This document shows, piece by piece, positions 57,639-64,000 of a stretch of 64,000 nt of DNA. Source of the DNA: Candidatus Latescibacterota bacterium (lineage in GTDB: Bacteria > Latescibacterota > UBA2968 > UBA8231); NCBI GenBank assembly GCA_965217585.1, contig OZ244561.1, positions 5,504,001 through 5,568,000 of the forward strand, given 5' to 3'. The position numbers were made by a program, and so were the translations under genes. Within the stretch, counting starts at the first letter, position 1. Every line of letters starts with the position of its first letter. The notes beneath the pieces were generated by a model. That model ran no database searches and was not told where the DNA came from. It saw nothing but the letters and a program-made list of their open reading frames with translations.

Positions 57639-60086
57639 TCAGCGGCCCAAGCAGCACTTCTTATACTTCTTACCACTACCGCAGGGGCACGGTTCATTAC
57701 GCCCAATTTTCCGGCGTTCGGTCTTGGAGGTGGATATCCGCTTTTGGCGCAGGGCCTCCGCTTCCGAGCGCAATTTCGGTAGCTCGCTAGACGGAATACC
57801 GGCCAACTCAACCCATGTCCAATTGACATCTTGAAGCTCACCAGCCACCGAATAACTGAGTTCTATCAATAGGCGTCGCACCTCGTTATGCATCACGACA
57901 AGCTTTTGGGCATGGTAGAGTGCTAAAGATGCATTTCTAGGACCTGAATGCTCGGTCCAACAGAAAATTGTCAAGTTGAAATTGCCATGTATTGAAAAGG
58001 ACCTAGACCGCTTTGTGGTTGGTTGACTCACTAGTTCTTTATGGATGCTGGTGTCAATATCCGTTCGCCAAATACCTGAAAAATTAAGTAGATAGGCTAC
58101 AATTTCAGCACGTCCCGGTTTGTTGCTTTGAGATAGGATTTTGACGATCTCCAGAAGACGTGCCGGTGTATCCTGCTTTAGGGGACACGGCGTATTGGAG
58201 TCAAGCAGGCGTTTAGAAAAAAAATGGTCAATCTCCGAGCGATATCCAGTGAAGTTAATTTGAGCTTCAGAATCACCTTGAAGCTCCTCAGCATAGGTAC
58301 TGTAGTTATTATGCTCGAGATAGAGACCGAGATGGTCTAACTCATCATCACATTGAATGATATCGGAGTGGAAGGCTTGCATCCGCTGTTCGACATAATG
58401 AAGAAAGATCAAAGGATTCTCAAAAATGTCCGCATAGATACACAAGTCATCTAGGGATATGGCCCAAATAGGCTCAACACCAACGTTAACGCCGATCTTT
58501 CGAAGGTGCTGAGTCTGTGCAGCAAGTTCCGTGAATGGATCCAAAGTCACTGCACAAATTGTGATATGACGAAAGTCAGACTTGCTAAGTTCACCAATCT
58601 GGTTGTGGTTGCTGTCAAACAATGGAACATTTTCAGCATTCTTCAAATAGTTGAGGAATCTTTGACCCTGCGTTGCTGGCTTCAAAACGAGATTTTTAAG
58701 CGATGCTATGTACGCCTGAAAATCAGTCGCGGGAGGTGTGTAAGTGAAAGCACCTCCGCGTGCTTCGACGATAAATAGATGATCGTCGAAGATCAAAAGA
58801 CCGTCGGCTTCACACCAGTTAGTCTTACCATTGTCAGTTTTGCCACGATAGTAAACCTCTTTCAGTACTTTTGCTCCAGGAAGCAGACGTTCAAAATATC
58901 TGAATGGTAGATTTTCCGATTGACTTCGCTGAATTGTATTCCAAGTCTCCTGATAATCGGGTTTCAGACGCATGATAATGCGTTGCATGATGCGGTATAA
59001 ATTGTCGCGCAGACTATTGAGGTCAAAGCAATAATATTGACCTTCCAGCCGAATAAATGGACGTTTAAACACTGGCCAAATACGCAATGGCCAGCCACAA
59101 AATTCACCGTCGGCGAAGAAGTCTTTATCTTCGCCTGGTAGCCAACTCAGTTGTTCTAAAAGCTTTTCAGGAAGGTCAGTTGTCTCTTGGACATCGAATA
59201 GTTTCATGCCCAGAAAGCGTCCAAAGATATCGTTTCCGCGCTCTTCCCAAGCATTTTCTTTTATTACATCGGCCATCAGATTAGGGGGATTTGGTTTATA
59301 ATCCGAAGGCAATTCATCGACTTTCTTGGCGATGGCGTTCATCGTATCGTGCTGGAATTGATATAAGTCTTCAAGGAGGACTTGAATACCGAAAGAGAAA
59401 GTATGCAAAATTTTCTTGATCTCTGTGACGAAGTTATCGCTAGAGATTCCGAAAAGTTCTTGGAGGACTTCAGTATGTGGTAGGAACATATCCTCCAAGT
59501 AAATTGAATCGTGAACTTGATACCTTTTCCCTCTAACATTGCACCAATAAAACTGAGTTCTGATCTGAAACTCCTCGAAATCCATATCTAGATTAGGATC
59601 ATTAGCTCTATTCTTTGCAATACGACAAATCTGATAGTCAGTTCCGATCTTACGGAATAGATGTTCAATTTTGTTGCCGAAAAGTCCCCATTCTTCATCT
59701 GTTACATCATCTCGCAGGTTCTTAGCCGGTGGAACTGCGGCAATAACGCTTTGGACATAGTCGATCATGTGAGACGCGAAGGGGTCTTCTTCACCAATTT
59801 CATCCTCCGTATCAGTTCTTATAAGTACCATCATCTTTTCCCACCAAGCACGCTGCAGGAGCTTTTCAGGCGGTAGACCCTTAATAAGGTTCTTAATTTC
59901 GGAAACGAGTATATCAATTTCTTCGATGACCTTCGGATAGTTTTCGACTAGATATTTTTGGTATTCGTCAAATTCTCTCTCTTGCCAATTAGCTTCAAAG
60001 ACAACGTTTTTTCCAAAGCGTGCCACAGTAAAGGGGCCCTTAGAGAATGCTTCGTCTGGCTTCTGAGGCTTCAATTTCTTGGCCAT
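57639..60086 (-). CDS. Large low-GC protein with NERD/PD-(D/E)xK-like region and C-terminal SEC-C metal-binding motif
   Basis: EADGLLIFDDHLFIVEAR; KIGRNEPCPCGSGKKYKKCC; markedly AT-richer than flanks. Confidence 0.8.
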   Translation of the reverse strand: MAKKLKPQKPDEAFSKGPFTVARFGKNVVFEANWQEREFDEYQKYLVENYPKVIEEIDILVSEIKNLIKGLPPEKLLQRAWWEKMMVLIRTDTEDEIGEEDPFASHMIDYVQSVIAAVPPAKNLRDDVTDEEWGLFGNKIEHLFRKIGTDYQICRIAKNRANDPNLDMDFEEFQIRTQFYWCNVRGKRYQVHDSIYLEDMFLPHTEVLQELFGISSDNFVTEIKKILHTFSFGIQVLLEDLYQFQHDTMNAIAKKVDELPSDYKPNPPNLMADVIKENAWEERGNDIFGRFLGMKLFDVQETTDLPEKLLEQLSWLPGEDKDFFADGEFCGWPLRIWPVFKRPFIRLEGQYYCFDLNSLRDNLYRIMQRIIMRLKPDYQETWNTIQRSQSENLPFRYFERLLPGAKVLKEVYYRGKTDNGKTNWCEADGLLIFDDHLFIVEARGGAFTYTPPATDFQAYIASLKNLVLKPATQGQRFLNYLKNAENVPLFDSNHNQIGELSKSDFRHITICAVTLDPFTELAAQTQHLRKIGVNVGVEPIWAISLDDLCIYADIFENPLIFLHYVEQRMQAFHSDIIQCDDELDHLGLYLEHNNYSTYAEELQGDSEAQINFTGYRSEIDHFFSKRLLDSNTPCPLKQDTPARLLEIVKILSQSNKPGRAEIVAYLLNFSGIWRTDIDTSIHKELVSQPTTKRSRSFSIHGNFNLTIFCWTEHSGPRNASLALYHAQKLVVMHNEVRRLLIELSYSVAGELQDVNWTWVELAGIPSSELPKLRSEAEALRQKRISTSKTERRKIGRNEPCPCGSGKKYKKCCLGR

Positions 60087-60247
60087 GGTACTTATTTATC
60101 TACCTCCACCATTTTCAGATCGTCTTTTGGAATAGCGTTGCATGACTGCCTTTACGGCTTTGTCAAAGCCAGGGAAAAGACTCTCGCTCGTGATGTTGAG
60201 CAGGCCAGTCCGTCCATGAGGCATTTCTTGCTCTTCAATTGCTGCAT

Positions 60248-60646
60248 TTAGCCATCGATGCCCAAGGCCCCGACGACTTCCTTGATTCGAGCGAGACGGG
60301 CCGAGGCGTAGTCTGTGGCCTCGTACCGCTGTATCTGTTGCTCCTTCAGTCCGAGACGTTCAGCTAGCTCTTTTTGGCTCAGTCCTTGGGCGATTCGTGC
60401 TTTGATTAGAAGAGTCGGTAGCTCGGCGACGGCCTTGAGTTGATCGAGTTGAAACAGGCCGGCCTTTAGAGATTCATATTCGCGCAACTCCTCTTTCAGA
60501 TCGGCGATCTGGCTGCTCAGGGCCTCGCGCTGCGCCTTAACGATAAGCGGATGCACTCCGTCGGCCTCGCCGAGGCTTTGCAAGGTCTGCGAAAACCGAT
60601 TCGCCTGCGCTTTGGTGAGCCGATATTGCCTTTCGTTCTTGATCAT
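60248..60646 (-). CDS. XRE-family HTH protein
   Basis: MIKNERQY helical N-terminus; ARIAQGLSQKELAERLGLKEQQIQRYE. Confidence 0.88.
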   Translation of the reverse strand: MIKNERQYRLTKAQANRFSQTLQSLGEADGVHPLIVKAQREALSSQIADLKEELREYESLKAGLFQLDQLKAVAELPTLLIKARIAQGLSQKELAERLGLKEQQIQRYEATDYASARLARIKEVVGALGIDG

Positions 60647-61083
60647 TGCAAGTCTCCCAAGTCTATGGCAATAATTCCTTTAGGTCTGCCGGTGTGCTTA
60701 TCTGTTTGGAAGAATTCGTAAAACGACAATCCATTTGGGTCAGCAGTAATTGATGCGGGAAAGAACTCTCCCATGTACTTGGCTTTCTGTGTGGCTCTGC
60801 CAGGATCGAATGTCAAAAGGACGGGATCGAGAGCTGTCGGATCGACACCAATTTCTTCCCAGCAAGCGTCGTAGTCGTTTGGCCTGTTCTTGCTTGTTAC
60901 GAAGCTGCCATTGAGATAGACGGTCCGGCAACCTGCGCTCTTTAGATTTTTCAGTGCCGCTCTAAGACCAGCAATGAGGCGTTGTCTCCAAGGACTACCC
61001 CCGAATCTACTTGTCACCTCGTCCCAACTGGCCCAATATACTCCTAGTGGAAGGATTCCGGTTGCGTCGAACGGAGGTATCAT
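60643..61083 (-). CDS. DUF6932-like minimal nucleotidyltransferase-fold protein
   Basis: IPPFDATGILPLG, YLNGSFVTSK..PNDYD (GS...DxD), KGII; ATGA overlap with the HTH gene. Confidence 0.75.
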   Translation of the reverse strand: MIPPFDATGILPLGVYWASWDEVTSRFGGSPWRQRLIAGLRAALKNLKSAGCRTVYLNGSFVTSKNRPNDYDACWEEIGVDPTALDPVLLTFDPGRATQKAKYMGEFFPASITADPNGLSFYEFFQTDKHTGRPKGIIAIDLGDLQ

Positions 61084-61141
61084 AACACAACATTATCATT
61101 GTGTTGAAACCTTGTCAAGAGGAGGAGGGGAGAGATACCCG

Positions 61142-61432
61142 ATGAACGAACAGGATGTGCAGATTATCGAACGGGCATGGGCCGAGGACGCAGCAGGCGA
61201 GACGATTTCGGGCGAAGTTGTAAAGGCCATTCTCGCTGGTGAATCGCCCTTGCGCGTGTGGCGGAAGCACCGCGAATTCACGCTGGATGCGCTGGCCGAG
61301 CGAGTAGGTGTCTCAAAAGGGTATCTGTCGCAGATTGAAAACGGACAAAAGCCAGGGACCCTCGGCCTATTCCGCCGACTCGCGGGTGTGCTCAATGTGG
61401 CGCTGGACGAGTTAGCACACCCAACGAACTAA
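61142..61432 (+). CDS. XRE HTH antitoxin-like protein
   Basis: GESPLRVWRKHREFTLDALAERVGVSKGYLSQIENG; RBS ggagg. Confidence 0.85.
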   Translation: MNEQDVQIIERAWAEDAAGETISGEVVKAILAGESPLRVWRKHREFTLDALAERVGVSKGYLSQIENGQKPGTLGLFRRLAGVLNVALDELAHPTN

Positions 61433-61444
61433 TGAAACCCAACC

Positions 61445-61648
61445 ATGAAGACGCCACAGCCTGACCCGATCATCGCTGAAGTCCGGGCCATACGCGACCA
61501 ACACGCAGCTCGGTTTGGTTACGACGTCAAAGCAATTTTCAGAGATATTCAAGCCAAACAAGAGGCTTCTGGCCGCCAGTACGTTAGCTATCCCGCTCGC
61601 CGCACAGTCCCTGAGTCCGACGACCCGATTCAGTCTCGGCGGACATAG
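61445..61648 (+). CDS. Small hypothetical protein (type often paired with PIN toxins)
   Basis: DPIIAEVRAIRDQHAARFGYDVKAIFRDI motif. Confidence 0.7.
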   Translation: MKTPQPDPIIAEVRAIRDQHAARFGYDVKAIFRDIQAKQEASGRQYVSYPARRTVPESDDPIQSRRT

Positions 61649-61968
61649 ACCGTTTTGCCCTCGCGCATCGCGGTAAAAACAAAGGAAAGGGGCGACTGTT
61701 GGGCCTTTTTCATCTCTTCCGGAGTATAGACCAACAAGTCCATAGCGAATGGATAGGGACGTAGCGACTGATAGAGGGCGCGGCTGCGTTTGAAGCGCGG
61801 CAGGTCGCTTGGAGCGATCACGAGTAAATCGACGTCGCTGTGCTCGGTAGCTTCTCCGCGAGCATAGGAGCCGAATAGGACGACCCGTTCGGCATCTGCT
61901 TGGCGGCCAATGTGTTCGGCGACGCGCCGTATTTCTTGCTCTTCAATTTTCTTCATTACTATACTCAA
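61630..61968 (-). CDS. Minimal nucleotidyltransferase (MNT antitoxin)
   Basis: VLFGSYARGEATEHSDVDLLVI, DLLVYTPEE, EGKTVY. Confidence 0.88.
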   Translation of the reverse strand: MSIVMKKIEEQEIRRVAEHIGRQADAERVVLFGSYARGEATEHSDVDLLVIAPSDLPRFKRSRALYQSLRPYPFAMDLLVYTPEEMKKAQQSPLSFVFTAMREGKTVYVRRD

Positions 61969-61976
61969 ACCTCTTC

Positions 61977-63488
61977 CTATCGCGCCTCCGAGCGCAAAAC
62001 CTCCATCTCCAGCGCCATGTCCGGGTCCAGCGGAAAAAAGGGCCGCGTCCGCTGGACAAAGGGCAGGTGCCGCACCGTCGCCGGCGTCGGTCCCGGCGTG
62101 TCGAGCACAAAAACGGCCTGGGTTATGGCTCCGTAGGCGAGGCGATAGTTCATGGGATTCTTGGCGACGATAAAGCGCGCCTGCGCCGCGTCCATCCCTA
62201 GGGCCGCAAACTGCTCGTCATCCCACTCATAGGTCGGATGCGACGCCAACAGCACCTGTATCTGCCCCAGCGCGAGCACCGCCGCCGGCCCCATCTGCCC
62301 TTCGACCCCCTCCCAGATACCACCCCGATAGCGGAAGCGACCATCGCTCAACCGCAACACCCGGCCGCGCACGGCAATCGGCTGTCCCCAACGCGGATCG
62401 TGTCCGTGCCCCAGCGCCAACTCCACCTCGGCCCCAACGCCAGCCTGATGACAGGCCGCAGCCGCGCGGGCATCGACCAAGGGCACCAGCGCCGGACCAT
62501 CCAACTCCGCTTGCATCAGCGCGGCCAGCACAGCCACGCTATCGCCAGCCGCCCCACCGCCGCAGCAGTCCGCAGCTTCCACCAACACCACCGGGCCGCC
62601 TTGGACAGCCAAACCCGCGCGCACGGCATCCGCGGGCGCGTGCATCTCTGGCTCTAAGGCAAAGCGCCGCTCCCAGTACGCTGCAGCCAGCTCGCGGGCG
62701 AGCGCTTCGGCCTTGGCAAAGTCGCCGTCGGCAATCACCAACCCGCCGCTGCCCATACCAGCAAAATCGAGATAGGGATGCACCAAGATCGCGCTCGTCG
62801 AGAGGATTCCATCGCGCTGCTCACCGGCCTTGGCTAAGTCCATCACTTGTGCGAAGGGATCGTCGTCCTCGGTCGAGCCGTGAATGGCCCCGGTGAGCAC
62901 CGGCACCTTGGCCATGGCCATCGCGGGTTTGCACGCGCCAGCGAGCACGTCGCACAGCAGGCGCGCCCCGCGCTCGCCCGTGGAAAAAGCGTCGCGATGC
63001 GGATAGGTTTCCCAAGCTACCAAGCCGTCAGCAGCGCGCATCATCTGCGCGGAAATATGGGCGTGCAAATCGAGCGTGGCGACAATGGGCACGGCGTCGC
63101 CGACCACCGCCCGCACCGCAGCCAGCAAATCCCCTTCCAAATCGACGCCACCCTCCACCGCCGCCGCTCCGTGCAGCGGCATGAGGACGCCATCTACCGG
63201 GAGCGCCGCGTTGAGCCGCGCCAAAAGCTCTTCCTTGAGCGGGTCGTAACAAGCCCGCGTCAGCGGCCCACCGGGACAGGTGCTGGCAAACAACAAGGGT
63301 GCGACTTCCACGCCGCGCGCCGCCAGCACGCTGAGCATACCGCCGGCCACTCCGTCTTCGGCTGCGAGCACCTCGCGCCCGCGCCGCAACTCATAGCGCT
63401 CAAACCACGACAGATCAATCGGCTCGCCGCCGAATTGATTGCACTCGGTAAAAATGGCCCCTAGGGCTACGCGATGTTTGTCGGTCAT
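61977..63488 (-). CDS. M81 family metallopeptidase (MlrC-like)
   Basis: ECNQF, PLHGA, ATLDLHAH, TYPHRD, D..GGGAAGD, VDA, VAKN, TPG..RP.FPLD. Confidence 0.9.
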   Translation of the reverse strand: MTDKHRVALGAIFTECNQFGGEPIDLSWFERYELRRGREVLAAEDGVAGGMLSVLAARGVEVAPLLFASTCPGGPLTRACYDPLKEELLARLNAALPVDGVLMPLHGAAAVEGGVDLEGDLLAAVRAVVGDAVPIVATLDLHAHISAQMMRAADGLVAWETYPHRDAFSTGERGARLLCDVLAGACKPAMAMAKVPVLTGAIHGSTEDDDPFAQVMDLAKAGEQRDGILSTSAILVHPYLDFAGMGSGGLVIADGDFAKAEALARELAAAYWERRFALEPEMHAPADAVRAGLAVQGGPVVLVEAADCCGGGAAGDSVAVLAALMQAELDGPALVPLVDARAAAACHQAGVGAEVELALGHGHDPRWGQPIAVRGRVLRLSDGRFRYRGGIWEGVEGQMGPAAVLALGQIQVLLASHPTYEWDDEQFAALGMDAAQARFIVAKNPMNYRLAYGAITQAVFVLDTPGPTPATVRHLPFVQRTRPFFPLDPDMALEMEVLRSEAR

Positions 63489-63604
63489 TGTGATTAGTTG
63501 GTTGGTGGAGTGGAGTTGTGAAACCGCTTCTAATATAGCCAGACTAGAAATGACCGGCGAATTGGCTTGCGTCCGTCTCTCGTAGGGGCTACAATCGGCG
63601 GGCA

Positions 63605-63799
63605 ATGGATATTGTTTGGGAGTACCTCACCGACCTCCAAGGCCGCGGTTCGACCTACGCTATCGCCGCGTTGCTCGGCCTCGTCTGGTGGGTGGGCCGG
63701 AGTTTCGTCCGCCTCTACCGCCAGGCGACCAGCGGGGCCGACCGCTTAGAACGCCCCAAAGAAGAGGAGCGCCCGCGTCGGCGCTTGCCGCTCGATTAA
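63605..63799 (+). CDS. Small membrane protein
   Basis: One TM segment; adjacent to next ATG. Confidence 0.55.
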   Translation: MDIVWEYLTDLQGRGSTYAIAALLGLVWWVGRSFVRLYRQATSGADRLERPKEEERPRRRLPLD

Positions 63800-64000
63800 A
63801 TGCAGCCAGACCACTTCGCCGCCTGGCACGACGAGGATCTCGTCCGCGCCCTCACCCTAGAACGTGCCAACTATCAGGACCCCTACCTAGCCAGCGTCGC
63901 CGCCGAACTGGCACGCCGCAACGTCGATCCCCAAGCCTTCATCGACCAAGTCGAAGTCCGCTACCATGCAGACGCCTCCGCAACCTGCACCATCGCCCAA
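63800..64000 (+). CDS. Hypothetical protein, N-terminal part (runs off window)
   Basis: MQPDHFAAWHDEDLVRALTLERANYQDPYLASVAAELARRNV... open to the window end. Confidence 0.6.
   Translation, partial: MQPDHFAAWHDEDLVRALTLERANYQDPYLASVAAELARRNVDPQAFIDQVEVRYHADASATCTIAQ

Overview
GC-rich bacterial chromosomal window from a diderm organism (TolC, sigma-54 systems). The gene style resembles sponge-associated Latescibacterota/Gemmatimonadota-like MAGs, but that is a weak inference. The backbone holds housekeeping and catabolic genes (lpdA, rnhA, speD, IHF, MbnP/MbnH-like pair, MacAB-type exporter, GH127, peptidases, aminotransferases). Four accessory blocks interrupt it. (1) 3.2-19.8 kb: a two-component/sigma-54 controlled island with five paralogues of an uncharacterised secreted, possibly NTF2-like protein family, plus an unusual ABC-2/TolC exporter whose partner protein looks like an inverted membrane-fusion adaptor. 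A shrunken second allele of the island follows. (2) 19.8-27.5 kb: a STAS-kinase / STAS-wHTH pair heading a NurA-HAS-HerA operon, with an appended BglII/BstYI-like R-M pair whose methylase carries a 1-bp frameshift. (3) 48.1-51.7 kb: three cargo cassettes, each delimited by a diverged copy of the 3' end of the upstream aminotransferase gene. (4) 54.2-62 kb: a defence/TA island with several antitoxins that have lost their toxins. The most striking cross-cutting pattern is integrase-free cassette stacks delimited by displaced gene 3' ends at two independent loci. No rRNA, tRNA, CRISPR array, integrase or transposase was recognised.
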